A stretch of DNA of 64,000 nucleotides from Pyrobaculum sp. (GCA_036833835.1 DAITPC010000002.1:8115-72114); one strand, 5' to 3'. Shown: positions 25,512 through 35,242, counted from the stretch's first letter. Notes: generated by a model from the sequence alone, not told the origin. Made by a program: numbers and translations.

Positions 25512-27107
25512 GTGGTCTGCCTTGTGGAGCGGTGGAGACAAGACCCCTACTACGGCGCGGTCGCCGTGGTGAAGACAGGCGGCGGATATATGGTGGGGGA
25601 TTTCACGGGGTGGGTTCACGGCGCGTTTAAAGACCGCGCGGAGCTACCGCCTGGTCTCTACAGACTGGAGGAGGGAGATTGCGTGGTGGAGCCGCCGGAG
25701 TATCCCTGGCACTTCGCGGTGCCGTATATGGCGGCCGACTGGGGAGACGTGGTGGAGCTCCGGATATATGCCCCCGAGGAGCCGGAGGTGCCGGGGGGAG
25801 AGGCGGTGAAGCTGGCGGACCTAGGCCCCTTCGCGGTCTACCTAGCGACGACGCGAAGGAGGCGGTACGAGGTGAGGTGTTGCGGGAGGGTTAGGCGCTT
25901 CCGATCCCCGCCCGGCGCCCAGCCTCCTTCTATCTCGGCGATGTACGAGGTCTTGCCAGACCGCGCCGCTAACCGCCTCGGTTGTCGGGATCTGAGGCGC
26001 CACTTCTGCGGCGGCACCTTGAAAGACGTGGCAACCCTCGCCTTGGAGGCGTTGGGGTTCTCAGATGCGCTCTATCTACACCCCATATACCCAGCCATGA
26101 GCTACCACCGATACGACGTGGTGGACCATCTGCAGGTAGACGAGAGGCTGGGGGGCTGGGCCGCCTTCGCCGCTCTGCGGGACGCGCTGAGGAGCGCCGG
26201 CATGGGGCTCGTCCTTGACGTCGTGTTGTATCATGTCGGTCTCCGCAACCCCCTGTTCCCCGGGGGGCCCTTCATCTTGAGGAGTCCGGAGCTGGCGCGC
26301 CTGGCGAAGGAGGCGGCCGTCCGGATGCCGAGAGAGGTCCTCCGGGAGCTGATGGTCGGGGAGCCGCCATACGAGACCTTCCTCAAGGTGTGGCTCATGC
26401 CGAGGCTGGACTACTCCAGGCTGGAGGCGGTGGAATACGCCAGGAGGGTGGCGGAGCACTGGGCGCCCCACGTCGACGGATTTAGGCTGGACGTTGCCCA
26501 CGGCGTGCCGCCGGAGGTCTGGGCCGAGGTGTTGAGGCCTGCGTGGGGCCGGTACGTATTCGGCGAGCACATGGGGAACCCCGCGCCTTTCTACAGCACC
26601 GTGAGAGGCTTCACGGCATATATGCTCTACGGCGCGTTGACCGAGTGGCTTGGAAAAGACGTGGGGAAGCTCGCGGAGGCGGTAAACCGATACATAGCTC
26701 TGACCCCGCCCACCTCTCTGCCCCACATGAACACCTTCTTGGAGAACCACGACCTAGACAGAGCGGCAACTGTCTTCGGCGGGGCTCTGGAGATGGGCTA
26801 TGCCATTATCTACTCGCTTCCAGGCGTGCCCTCGGTGTACGCCGGCGGCGAATGCGCCGAGGAGGGGAAGGCAGCGGACCACACCAACAGAAGGCCCTAC
26901 ACGCCGTGTCCCGACACGCCCGTTAGACAGCTTCTGACGCGGCTGTACAAGACGAGGAGGGACCTGAGGCTAAACAGAGGCCCCGCCTGGGCTGAGGCAA
27001 GAGGCTCCTTACTGAAGATACGCGTGGCCAGGGCCCAGATAGCTATAGAGGAAAAGCGGGCAGTATTTAATAATACCGATCAAAGCCTTGAACTACTATA
27101 TAAATAG
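25512..27107 (+). CDS. glycoside hydrolase family 13 (alpha-amylase family) enzyme
   Basis: The four GH13 regions are present: VLDVVLYH, DGFRLDVAHG, FGEHMG and FLENHDLDR. Confidence 0.8.
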   Translation: MVCLVERWRQDPYYGAVAVVKTGGGYMVGDFTGWVHGAFKDRAELPPGLYRLEEGDCVVEPPEYPWHFAVPYMAADWGDVVELRIYAPEEPEVPGGEAVKLADLGPFAVYLATTRRRRYEVRCCGRVRRFRSPPGAQPPSISAMYEVLPDRAANRLGCRDLRRHFCGGTLKDVATLALEALGFSDALYLHPIYPAMSYHRYDVVDHLQVDERLGGWAAFAALRDALRSAGMGLVLDVVLYHVGLRNPLFPGGPFILRSPELARLAKEAAVRMPREVLRELMVGEPPYETFLKVWLMPRLDYSRLEAVEYARRVAEHWAPHVDGFRLDVAHGVPPEVWAEVLRPAWGRYVFGEHMGNPAPFYSTVRGFTAYMLYGALTEWLGKDVGKLAEAVNRYIALTPPTSLPHMNTFLENHDLDRAATVFGGALEMGYAIIYSLPGVPSVYAGGECAEEGKAADHTNRRPYTPCPDTPVRQLLTRLYKTRRDLRLNRGPAWAEARGSLLKIRVARAQIAIEEKRAVFNNTDQSLELLYK

Positions 27108-27123
27108 ACCCTGGTTATAGTCC

Positions 27124-28266
27124 ATGAAACTTGATTTCAGAGGCGTCACGGCCATCTACGGCCGGCCGGGGGCCGGCAAGACCAGTCTGGCGATGCGCAT
27201 AGCCCACGAGCGGATTGCCGAGGGGCAGAAAGTGCTGTGGGTCTCGCTCTACGAGGACAAGGAGACTTTTTTCAGAAACGCCGCGGCATTGGGGTACGAC
27301 CTCTCTAAGGCGGAGTTCTGGGATATGATCTTCGTCAGGCCCGATATCATACTCAACCAGATTATCTCGGCTGCTTCTCAGGGGAACTACGGCCTAGTCG
27401 TAGCCGACTCAATATCGGCTCTGGTGGATAATCTCCAGAGCAGGGAGTATCTCATAAATGCGGTGTATAGGGTCTTCAAGCCGTCTAACATAGACTTCAT
27501 CGGCATAGCCGAGGAGGAGTCGGCAACGCCTCTAGATTACATAGCCGACAACCTGCTCCGCATGGAGCTGAGGCTTGAAAACGGGATCGCCGAGAGGAGG
27601 ATGTATGTGGTGAAGGCTAGGGGGAGGCGGGCTGGCTACTACGTCGAGTTTGACATCTTGGGCGGCCAAGGCGTTGTGTTCCTCGACGATCTACCCCGGC
27701 CTGCGGCCAAAGGGCGGTGGGAGAGGCAGATAGAGACTCTCCGTAGCGCGGTGGGACCTGTGAGAGGCGGGTGTGTGTACCTCTTCGGCGGCCGCGGGTT
27801 GACGTCTCTCCTTGCCCGGATCGCGGCGGAGCTTTCCCGCGAGGGGCTTAAGGTGCTTTACCGCGTTTTCTTCCGCGCCGCCTCCGCCGCCTCTACGCTT
27901 GTGGAGAAGTTCGGGGGCAGGGCCGTGGTGCAACGGGTGGAGCCCCGGCCCCAGTCGCACTTCACACATATCAAGGGGCTTTACGAGACCTTGGCCGAGA
28001 CAGATGCAGACGTGTTGATCTCAGAAGGCGTAGACGTGGAGTCCCTGGTATACGGCAGAAAGGCTCTTGACATAAACAGGAGGGAGATTGAGGAGCTCAG
28101 AAAGCTCGGCGTCGCCGTTTTTATAAACGTGGACAAAGACTTCGGGCTTAGGCCCTTCGCAGACGTAGTTATAAAGGTGAGGGGAGACAGGGCCGTCGTC
28201 TACTCCCCCCAGGGCAGAGCTCTGTGCCGCTACGAGACCGCCCCGGCCCCCCGCCTTGTCTGCTAA
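27124..28266 (+). CDS. KaiC-like double RecA-fold ATPase
   Basis: Domain 1 has Walker A (GRPGAGKTS) and a KaiC/RadA-like core (VLWVSLYEDKETF, VVADSI). Domain 2 is colinear, but its P-loop is degenerate (GGRGLTSLL). Confidence 0.7.
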   Translation: MKLDFRGVTAIYGRPGAGKTSLAMRIAHERIAEGQKVLWVSLYEDKETFFRNAAALGYDLSKAEFWDMIFVRPDIILNQIISAASQGNYGLVVADSISALVDNLQSREYLINAVYRVFKPSNIDFIGIAEEESATPLDYIADNLLRMELRLENGIAERRMYVVKARGRRAGYYVEFDILGGQGVVFLDDLPRPAAKGRWERQIETLRSAVGPVRGGCVYLFGGRGLTSLLARIAAELSREGLKVLYRVFFRAASAASTLVEKFGGRAVVQRVEPRPQSHFTHIKGLYETLAETDADVLISEGVDVESLVYGRKALDINRREIEELRKLGVAVFINVDKDFGLRPFADVVIKVRGDRAVVYSPQGRALCRYETAPAPRLVC

Positions 28267-28270
28267 CGCC

Positions 28271-29401
28271 GTGGACTGCGTCAGGATAGAGGGCAGGGCC
28301 TACGTAGCGGGCAGATTAGCCCGGGTGAGGCTGGGGCGAGAGGGGTGCAAAACTATGCAGTTTTCCAACGACTACCTCATCCTGCCTGGCATGGTGGACG
28401 TCCACGTCCACTTCCGCGATTGGGGGCTTTCGTACAAGGAGACCCTAGCCGGGGGCGCGGCCGCGGCGCTGGCGGGCGGCGTGGTGGCAGTCGGCGACAT
28501 GCCCAACACGAGACCACATATAAGGACGGCGGAGCTCTACCGCAAGAGGCTGGAGGAGGGGGCATCCCTCCCCATCATCTACAAGCTACACATGGGCGTG
28601 CCGGAGGACCTCGCCGAGCTTGACGCCGCCAGGCCCGGCTCTGTCAAGGTCTACCCGGAGGATGTGGAGGCCTACGGCTGGGGCCACGTGGAGGCGTTGA
28701 TGAGGAGGTGCGCCTCGCTGGGCTGTGTGGTGGTGTTTCACTGCGAGGACCCCGCCTACTTCAGAGGGGCGGAGCGCCCGCCGGAGGCGGAGATGCGTTG
28801 CGTGGAGAGGGTCCGCCTCCTTGCGTCTCTGACGGGGGCGAAGGTGCACTTAACCCACGTCACTCTGCCCCAAACGGCGGAGATGTCCCGGGGCTGGGCC
28901 TCCGTCGACGTCACGCCGCACCACCTGCTCCTAGATGTGGATAACTGCAGAGACCCAGGGCTCTGTCTCGTCAACCCGCGGCTGAGGACGCCGGATGTCC
29001 GGAAGGCGCTTCTTGCCGCTTTCGTCGCAGGTCTCGTAGATATGTACGCTACAGACCACGCCCCGCATACCCTGGAGGAGAAGAAGTCACAGAGCCCGCC
29101 CCCCGGCATATGTAGCATAAACATTGCGCTGAGTCTCCTCCTAGCCCTCTGGAGGAGGGGCGTAATCTCGCTGGACGACGTGGTGAGGCTTTACTCACAT
29201 AGGCCAGCTCGCCTCCTCGGCGTAGATGTGGAAGGGACATTCGTCGTGGTTAAGCTGGAGGAGTTTAAGGTGCGCGGGGAGGAGTTCGCGGGGAAGTGTA
29301 GACACACGCCTTTTGAGGGCTTCACCGCCTTCGGCAGAGTAGTGGCAACCGCGGTCAGGGGGAGGGTTTACTTCAGAGGCGGGGAGGTCTACGGCCTTTA
29401 G
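28271..29401 (+). CDS. pyrC: dihydroorotase
   Basis: It has LPGMVDVHVHFRDWG...ETLAGGAAAALAGGVVAVGDMPNT, a later ATDHAPH motif, and the HxH plus Asp metal ligands. ORF 28256..29401; I prefer the GTG at 28271. Confidence 0.8.
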   Translation: MDCVRIEGRAYVAGRLARVRLGREGCKTMQFSNDYLILPGMVDVHVHFRDWGLSYKETLAGGAAAALAGGVVAVGDMPNTRPHIRTAELYRKRLEEGASLPIIYKLHMGVPEDLAELDAARPGSVKVYPEDVEAYGWGHVEALMRRCASLGCVVVFHCEDPAYFRGAERPPEAEMRCVERVRLLASLTGAKVHLTHVTLPQTAEMSRGWASVDVTPHHLLLDVDNCRDPGLCLVNPRLRTPDVRKALLAAFVAGLVDMYATDHAPHTLEEKKSQSPPPGICSINIALSLLLALWRRGVISLDDVVRLYSHRPARLLGVDVEGTFVVVKLEEFKVRGEEFAGKCRHTPFEGFTAFGRVVATAVRGRVYFRGGEVYGL

Positions 29402-30543
29402 GCTTCGTACTTCTCGGCGAGTTTAAACAGGGAGTTTAGAACCACCTCGTTGGCGCCTTCGTAGATCTCGGTGGCCTTGGCGTCTCTATACAGCATCTCC
29501 ACCTTGGAGTCTGTGGAGTAGCCGAAACCCCCCATCATCTGCATGGCGGTCCGCGTAGCGTCTACGGCGAGCCGGGATCCCAGGTACTTGGCTATCTGGG
29601 CGTAGAGCGGGAAAAGCTCGACGTTTTTATCTCTGTAGTAGGCCGCGGTGTAGACAACGCCTCTCACCGCCTCTATCTGCGCCTTGATTGAGGCTACGTA
29701 GTGCTGGAGTATCTGGAAGTTTATTATGGCCGTGCCGAACGCCGTCCTTCTCTTGGCGTAATTCTCGGCCTCTTTCATGGCGCCCTGCGCAATGCCGAGG
29801 CCTATGGCGCCCACACAAGTACGGCCGTTGTTTAAGTCGTCAAGCACCACCTTGAAGCCACCATTTAAGCCGCCTACCATAGCCTCGTCGCCCACTTCAC
29901 AGTCGTGGAGTTTGACCTCAGCCGTGCCGGTTCCCCGGACGCCCATCACGGCGACGGGGTTCGTCTCCACACACTTCCCCCTCTCTACGAGGAAGAGCGT
30001 CACTGTCTTGTGTTTTTCCTCAGGAGGCCCAGTCCTCGCCGCAACCAGGAAAGCGTCGGCGTACATGCCCGAGGTTATCCATAGCTTAGTCCCGTTGATA
30101 ACCCACGAGCCGCCTACACGCTCAGCCCTAGTCTCAAGCGAAAAGGCGTCTGAGCCGCAACAGGGCTCTGAGAGGGCGAAGGCTATTATCTTCTCCCCCC
30201 TCACAGCGGGCTGTAGCCACTTCTCCCTGAGCTCCCGCCCGGCGTAGTGCATGAGGTTGTACACAATCATGGAGCCCTGAACCTCCGCGACGGTGGCCAA
30301 GGCCGGGCTCGCCTTGGCTACCTCCTCCACCACAAGCACCAAGCTCCGGAAGTCCAGCCCGGGGCCTCCGTACTCCGGCGGGGCGTGCGGCGCGAGGAGG
30401 CCCAGCTCCCCCATTTCACGCAACAGCTCCCTGGGGTACCACCCCTGGTCTATCCGCCTGGCGTTGGGCTCCACTCTCCTCTCCACGAAGTCCCTTGCCG
30501 TTTTCTTCACAAGATTATGCACCTCTTCCAGTTGTGGATACAT
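29398..30543 (-). CDS. acyl-CoA dehydrogenase
   Basis: 381 aa, colinear with the ACAD family. Matching segments are ALSEPCCGSDA, WITSG and the C-terminal YEGANEV. Confidence 0.9.
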   Translation of the reverse strand: MYPQLEEVHNLVKKTARDFVERRVEPNARRIDQGWYPRELLREMGELGLLAPHAPPEYGGPGLDFRSLVLVVEEVAKASPALATVAEVQGSMIVYNLMHYAGRELREKWLQPAVRGEKIIAFALSEPCCGSDAFSLETRAERVGGSWVINGTKLWITSGMYADAFLVAARTGPPEEKHKTVTLFLVERGKCVETNPVAVMGVRGTGTAEVKLHDCEVGDEAMVGGLNGGFKVVLDDLNNGRTCVGAIGLGIAQGAMKEAENYAKRRTAFGTAIINFQILQHYVASIKAQIEAVRGVVYTAAYYRDKNVELFPLYAQIAKYLGSRLAVDATRTAMQMMGGFGYSTDSKVEMLYRDAKATEIYEGANEVVLNSLFKLAEKYEA

Positions 30544-30642
30544 GGAAATAGATTTAAACAGACTTTATAACTATTGTCAAGTCAACAAGATGTCTATTTT
30601 GCACATATCCTAATGCTTTTATCCTGGCGGCCTACGGCATTT

Positions 30643-30981
30643 GTGAAATGCCCAGATGCGGTGGTTCTGGCGGGGAGGCGGATAGAGCTTCAAAACTGCG
30701 TCCCGAAGAACAAGGAGGAGTGGAGCCTAGAGCTTGCAAAGCTCCTCGCAGAGATAAACGGCATAAGATTTACAGACACCGTAAGAAGGGTGGTGGAGTA
30801 CGTCAGGAAGTTCTGGGAACAATACGAGGTATGTCCCCCCGCCTCGGTTATAGAGTCGGACCTGGGCGTCGACAGGAAAACTCTGCTTGAGGCCTTCGGC
30901 GGTAGCTACAGCGCAATCTGCGCCTTAGCTGGCGTAGAGCCACCGACCGGTTGCCTCTCCCAAGTCCTCTCCTCTACGTAG
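30643..30981 (+). CDS. dsrC: DsrC/TusE-family sulfur-relay protein with C-terminal extension
   Basis: VKCPDAVV...EWSLELAKLLAE...RRVVEYVRKFWEQYEVCPP...ICALAGVEPPTGC carries both conserved Cys residues (C-x10-C). An extra LSQVLSST follows. The GTG at 30643 lies 25 nt after gcttttatcc. Confidence 0.7.
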   Translation: MKCPDAVVLAGRRIELQNCVPKNKEEWSLELAKLLAEINGIRFTDTVRRVVEYVRKFWEQYEVCPPASVIESDLGVDRKTLLEAFGGSYSAICALAGVEPPTGCLSQVLSST

Positions 30982-32161
30982 CCCGGTAGAGAAGCTCCAC
31001 GACGCCCACCACCTCGGCCCGGATACCCAATGCGTTGAAGACTCTCCTCAGCTGGGCCTTGCAGGTGGCGCAAGGCCTCACGGCAGTTCCGAACTCCACG
31101 TCTCCATACGCCTTTTCCCAGTATTTCACGGCCAGCTCCGCCGCCTCCGGCGCTATAAGCCCACCTCCCCCCAGACAACAAAGAGATTCCCTTGGGTTTT
31201 TCCACAGCTCCACATACTCCCCCACAGCCGCCCTTAGGAGAGCCCTAGGCTCTGTTACTATCGGAGAAGCACCACGCGAGTAATTGCATGGGTCCATGTA
31301 GACCACAGGCCGCCGCGTCTCCATACGCCTAATCTTCAGCTCGCCGCGGCTGTACGCCCGGAACAACAACTGATGTATATGGACGGCGGGTCGAGGCGAC
31401 TTAGGCACGACAAGCCGCGTAAAGACGTGCCACCCGTGGCCGCACTCCCCAAATACTACGATGTGCGGCCCCACTTGCCGTATTTCCTCTAGGTACATAT
31501 TTGCGATCTTACGCATGTGTTCCGCGCCGAGGTAGTAGCCGTAATTCGCAGTGTCGGTCACCCGGAGGCTTAAAACAACGTCGTAACCCAGCAGATTAAG
31601 GAGGTACACGTAACCGCGGAACGCCTCCTCAAACTCAAACAGGTCTGAAGACGAGGGGAAAAGAAGCGCAACTCTCCCCCTCGGCCTCTCCTCAGCTCCG
31701 CTTAGCGCCTCCAGGTAGCGCTCTCCGTCGAAGAGGTAGAGCCGCGGCGATGAACCCTTCTCCTTCTCGAGCTTCTTGGTAAGCGCCTTAGCCGCCATGG
31801 CCACCACCTTGGGAGGCATCCCCACGTTATTTCCTTGCCTTAGGAAGTTGTCGACCACCTTAGCCGCATACGGCACGGGCTTGCCGGCGGAGGTCAGCAC
31901 GTCTCTTATCTGCCGAGTCGCCTCAGCGATATCGAGGCCCAGGGGGCAGAAGTAGGCGCACCTCTTACACATGGCACACAGCGAGAAGCTTCTGTAAAGC
32001 TCTTCGGGCGTGGCCCTCCTCCTTACAAGCTGAAGCCTCCCCATGGGCGTGTTGGCAAATTCGCCGGTGGCGATATAAGATGGGCATATCTCTATACAGC
32101 TCCTGCAACGGGTGCAGGCATACGCCGCAAACAGGGCATAAGGGGCCCTATCCACGTCCAA
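30974..32161 (-). CDS. DsrK/HdrD-like Fe-S oxidoreductase (two ferredoxin motifs plus CCG domains)
   Basis: It has CTRCRSCIEICP and CAMCKRCAYFCP ([4Fe-4S] motifs). CCG-type cysteine clusters are present (ESLCCLGGGG, RPCATCK). Confidence 0.7.
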   Translation of the reverse strand: MDVDRAPYALFAAYACTRCRSCIEICPSYIATGEFANTPMGRLQLVRRRATPEELYRSFSLCAMCKRCAYFCPLGLDIAEATRQIRDVLTSAGKPVPYAAKVVDNFLRQGNNVGMPPKVVAMAAKALTKKLEKEKGSSPRLYLFDGERYLEALSGAEERPRGRVALLFPSSSDLFEFEEAFRGYVYLLNLLGYDVVLSLRVTDTANYGYYLGAEHMRKIANMYLEEIRQVGPHIVVFGECGHGWHVFTRLVVPKSPRPAVHIHQLLFRAYSRGELKIRRMETRRPVVYMDPCNYSRGASPIVTEPRALLRAAVGEYVELWKNPRESLCCLGGGGLIAPEAAELAVKYWEKAYGDVEFGTAVRPCATCKAQLRRVFNALGIRAEVVGVVELLYRAT

Positions 32162-32242
32162 TATATACCAGGGAGATTTTAGCAGTTTGAAAAGTGCAAA
32201 ATCTACATAGTAACAGTTTAAATTGCAGAAGGTTGCTCTACC

Positions 32243-32824
32243 ATGCTCCTAATATTCCTCCCTGTATTCGCTACAGCCGCCACGCTGGCTCTCTACAGAG
32301 CCTACAAGGCGCTGTCACAATCCCCCACAGCCGTGGCGCCTCAAGAGCTCATGCGCTTCTTGACTTTCGGAGGGATCAACAACAGGCGGCTTAGGGCGCT
32401 GTCGCTCCTTTTTCACTTCGCCATAATCACCTCGCTCTTCGGCCATTTCTTTATGTTTATAAAGGAGGTGCCCCCCGTCCTTCCAAAGCTGGGAACCGCC
32501 CTGGGTCTCACGGCAACCGTAGCCCTGGCTCTGCTGGTTGCTAGGAGGGTCTCCGAAAGAGACCGCGAGTATCTTCTCGTATCCATGTTGCTTCTCCTAA
32601 CCGCCGCCACAGGCACGGCGATGGGTCTCGCGGCGCCGAGGGAATACGCGGTGGAGGTTGCCCTATCTCTTCCGCGGACTCTCGACGTGGCTAGTGTTCT
32701 GCTTATTGTCCACGTCATCTGCGCCACAGCCGCGGCGGCGGCTGTGCCCTACACCTTGATGAGCCACGTCGTGGCGCCTATGACTTATCTCGCGGTGAAA
32801 TCTAGAAGACTAAAGAAAGCGTAA
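32243..32824 (+). CDS. DsrM/NarI-like membrane cytochrome b-type subunit
   Basis: 193 aa with 5 TM helices and conserved-looking His residues within the helices (LLFHFAIITSLFGHFF; LIVHVICA; MSHVV). It is divergent from the DsrK-like gene. Confidence 0.5.
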   Translation: MLLIFLPVFATAATLALYRAYKALSQSPTAVAPQELMRFLTFGGINNRRLRALSLLFHFAIITSLFGHFFMFIKEVPPVLPKLGTALGLTATVALALLVARRVSERDREYLLVSMLLLLTAATGTAMGLAAPREYAVEVALSLPRTLDVASVLLIVHVICATAAAAAVPYTLMSHVVAPMTYLAVKSRRLKKA

Positions 32825-34505
32825 AGTAGGTAAGGTACGCGGCTACGTAAGCCAGCAATAGGTTTGTCGCGACGCTGAGCAGAGTAAGCCTAAGCCCCAC
32901 CGTCTTGTAGATGGAAGAGAGAGTTGCGATACATGCGGAGTACATGGCCACAAATACCAAGTAGGCAAGTACGGCTGGCAACGGCAGAGAGGGAAGCAGC
33001 TGCAAGCCGCCGGTGGCTTCAAGGAAGCCCAGCACCACCTCCTTGAAGATCCAACCCCCTATAAGCGGCATCACCAGCTCCCAAGGCATGCCAAGTGGCC
33101 CGAAGAGCGGCTGCATGGCTTGGCCGGCCAAGGCGAGGTAGGAATGGGAGGCGTCCTCGGCAACGCCGTGGGGCCCGAAGGCTTGAAGCGGCCATAGGGC
33201 GAGCATGACGGCGACGAGAGGCGGCGCCACCTTGTGGAAAAACTCGCGGAACTCAGCCGCAACTTTCAAGGCGTATATGCGGAGGTTTGGGAGGAGTATG
33301 GGGGAGGGCGGCACCCCGCCGCTGGCGGCCGCGCCCAGGCCCAGAACGCGCCTATATATCAGCGACGCGAGGAGCACCACAAGAAAGGCGACCACGTAGG
33401 GGAGGAACACGGCAAGCGGTATGAGATACGGCATGTGGGCAAAGGCGGCAGTCGCCACAGCGGCGAAGATGGCGAGCCTCGCGACGCAGGGCACATATGG
33501 CAACAGCAGAGCGGTGAGAACGCGGTTTGTCTTCCCCCAGAGCACCCTAGCCGCGGCCACGGCGGGCACGTTGCAGGAGGCCCCCACAAAGAGGCAGACG
33601 ACGCCCCGGGGAGGTATGCCTAGGCGTGTCAGTTGCTTCTCAAGGCTTCTGGAGAGGAGGGCAATTACGCCGCTGTCTTCATACAGTGTGATGAGCGAAA
33701 GAGCCACAAAGACGTATACAGATATTGTTAACAGAGTTAATAAGGTTCCCCATAAGGCCTCCGCAACGAGGCGGCCGGCAAGTCCGCCTACGTTCTCCAG
33801 GATCCAGCCAGATACGGCGCCGTCCACCGCATCGAGGATTTTGATAATCGACACAGGCAGTTCGGCACCCCACGGCGTGATGCCCTCGACAATCGTCATG
33901 AGGAAAATAGCGGCGGCGAAGCCCAGCGCCACGAGCGTCAGAAGCGCCAGGGCGGGGCGGGCCAAGATGGAGGACTTAACCGCCGCGGCGGCGGGAGGCT
34001 CCAGCTTGATGAGGCGCATCATCCCCCTGGGAAGCCCCTCCCCGAGGAGCTTCATCAGCTTCTCCACACCCCTTCTCTTGATCGCCGATACGTAGACCAC
34101 AGGCACGCCAAGGGTCTTAGAAAGCTCCTCCTCCGAATAAGGCGGGGTCCAGAGGTCAGTCATGTTAAATACAACAGCCACAGGCTTGTATCTGCTGGCC
34201 ACCTCAGCTATTTTTAAGGCGTTTTCAACGGCGTGAGGCGCCGCGACAACCACCACGCCGTCGTAAGAACCTTCCGCTATTTCTTTCATCGCAATCTTCT
34301 CATCTTCGTCGAGGGGGTTTTCCGGATTTAGAACCCCGGGCAGGTCGACGATTTCGATTTTTTCGCCGTCCCACCTCAGAGTAGCCTTGTGTATCTCCAT
34401 AGTGGTGCCCGGGTAGTTGGCAGTCTTTACGTAAATGCCTGTGAGGGCGTAAAATAGAGAGGACTTGCCCACGTTTGCTGGACCTACAATGGCGTAGCGC
34501 CTCAC
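32802..34505 (-). CDS. feoB: ferrous iron transporter FeoB
   Basis: It has an N-terminal G domain (GPANVGKSSLFYALTG, DLPG) followed by a polytopic membrane domain. GTG start. Confidence 0.85.
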   Translation of the reverse strand: MRRYAIVGPANVGKSSLFYALTGIYVKTANYPGTTMEIHKATLRWDGEKIEIVDLPGVLNPENPLDEDEKIAMKEIAEGSYDGVVVVAAPHAVENALKIAEVASRYKPVAVVFNMTDLWTPPYSEEELSKTLGVPVVYVSAIKRRGVEKLMKLLGEGLPRGMMRLIKLEPPAAAAVKSSILARPALALLTLVALGFAAAIFLMTIVEGITPWGAELPVSIIKILDAVDGAVSGWILENVGGLAGRLVAEALWGTLLTLLTISVYVFVALSLITLYEDSGVIALLSRSLEKQLTRLGIPPRGVVCLFVGASCNVPAVAAARVLWGKTNRVLTALLLPYVPCVARLAIFAAVATAAFAHMPYLIPLAVFLPYVVAFLVVLLASLIYRRVLGLGAAASGGVPPSPILLPNLRIYALKVAAEFREFFHKVAPPLVAVMLALWPLQAFGPHGVAEDASHSYLALAGQAMQPLFGPLGMPWELVMPLIGGWIFKEVVLGFLEATGGLQLLPSLPLPAVLAYLVFVAMYSACIATLSSIYKTVGLRLTLLSVATNLLLAYVAAYLTYFTLSLVF

Positions 34506-34560
34506 ACGCTATTAACGTTGTTGATATAAATATTTTTCCAAGATGGTTTTAATTTTTGCA

Positions 34561-34584
34561 AAATCTATTTCGAAATCTATTTCG
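34561..34584. repeat. perfect tandem duplication of a 12-mer in the feoB divergent promoter region
   Basis: aaatctatttcg occurs twice, head to tail. It is followed by the inverted repeat atgtgg-N6-ccacat at 34592-34609. Confidence 0.8.
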
Positions 34585-34663
34585 GGTGGATATGTGGGTG
34601 TAGCCACATTTATTTATCGGATAAAATATACAACATTTAAAAAGATGCAGATTTTTATGGTCT

Positions 34664-35242
34664 ATGAGCATGAGGAGAGACAGGGTGAACATCGCCGTGG
34701 CCAAGGAGGTTGCGGACGTGCTTGCCAACACCGCCGAGGAGCTGGGCATGACGCAGTATGCCCTTGCCAACCAGATACTCGCCGTGGGGCTGGACCTCAT
34801 CCGTCAGGGCTACAGCGTAGCTCAGATAAAGGAGATAGCCCAATTCTACAAGGTTATGACGGAGCTAGAAAGCGTCCCTGTGCCTGGCAGGCTCCTTGAC
34901 AGGATGATTGTGGAGATGTACAAGGAAAACCCCGACGCCGTGACGCGGGCTTGGTGCGACGCCGGCAAGATGCTGGCTACATACATCAAGGCGGTGTTCG
35001 AAGATCTGGAAAAGGCGGTTGAGCTGGCGCCCTACGTGGCGAAGGTGGTGCCTGCTAAGCGCTTCGATGTTAAGGCGAAAGACGGCGAGTTCACCATGGA
35101 CACGATAGGGGTTGGCTACAGCCTAGAAAGCGTCCAGGTCACCGCCAAAGCCGTCCAGTGTCTCCTAGAGGAGCTCAACTACGAGGTGAAGGAGATCATC
35201 ACGGCGCCCGGCATACTCCGCGTCAAGGCCGTCAAGAAGTAA
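34664..35242 (+). CDS. ribbon-helix-helix (CopG-like) domain protein
   Basis: The N-terminus RVNIAVAKEVADVLANTAEELGMTQYALANQILAVGLD fits an RHH fold. The C-terminal 130 aa are unassigned. Its stop overlaps the next ATG (TAATG). Confidence 0.45.
   Translation: MSMRRDRVNIAVAKEVADVLANTAEELGMTQYALANQILAVGLDLIRQGYSVAQIKEIAQFYKVMTELESVPVPGRLLDRMIVEMYKENPDAVTRAWCDAGKMLATYIKAVFEDLEKAVELAPYVAKVVPAKRFDVKAKDGEFTMDTIGVGYSLESVQVTAKAVQCLLEELNYEVKEIITAPGILRVKAVKK

Noticed and set aside
26076-26750. ORF 26076..26750 (224 aa), antisense to the GH13 gene. Similar antisense or off-frame ORFs are 4668..5348, 33421..34095, 35347..36111, 40140..40871, 42016..42570, 48504..49025 and 48727..49347.
   Set aside because: Each overlaps a gene with clear family motifs on the other strand or in another frame. 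Their compositions are low-complexity (R/G/P/S-rich) and they carry no motifs.
32757-32820. TTGATGA followed by 12-nt spaced elements at the 3' end of the DsrM-like gene.
   Set aside because: The D', C' and D positions (cgcc, tatgact, aaat) do not match the consensus. Only the C box is convincing.
34011-34075. A C/D-like pattern (CTGATGA ... GATGATG ... CTGG) on the coding strand inside feoB. Other isolated [AG]TGATGA hits lie inside CDSs, for example at 17786, 18393, 35196, 60624 and 61366.
   Set aside because: The boxes arise from Met-Met or Asp-Asp codon pairs within conserved coding sequence. The partner boxes are degenerate or missing.
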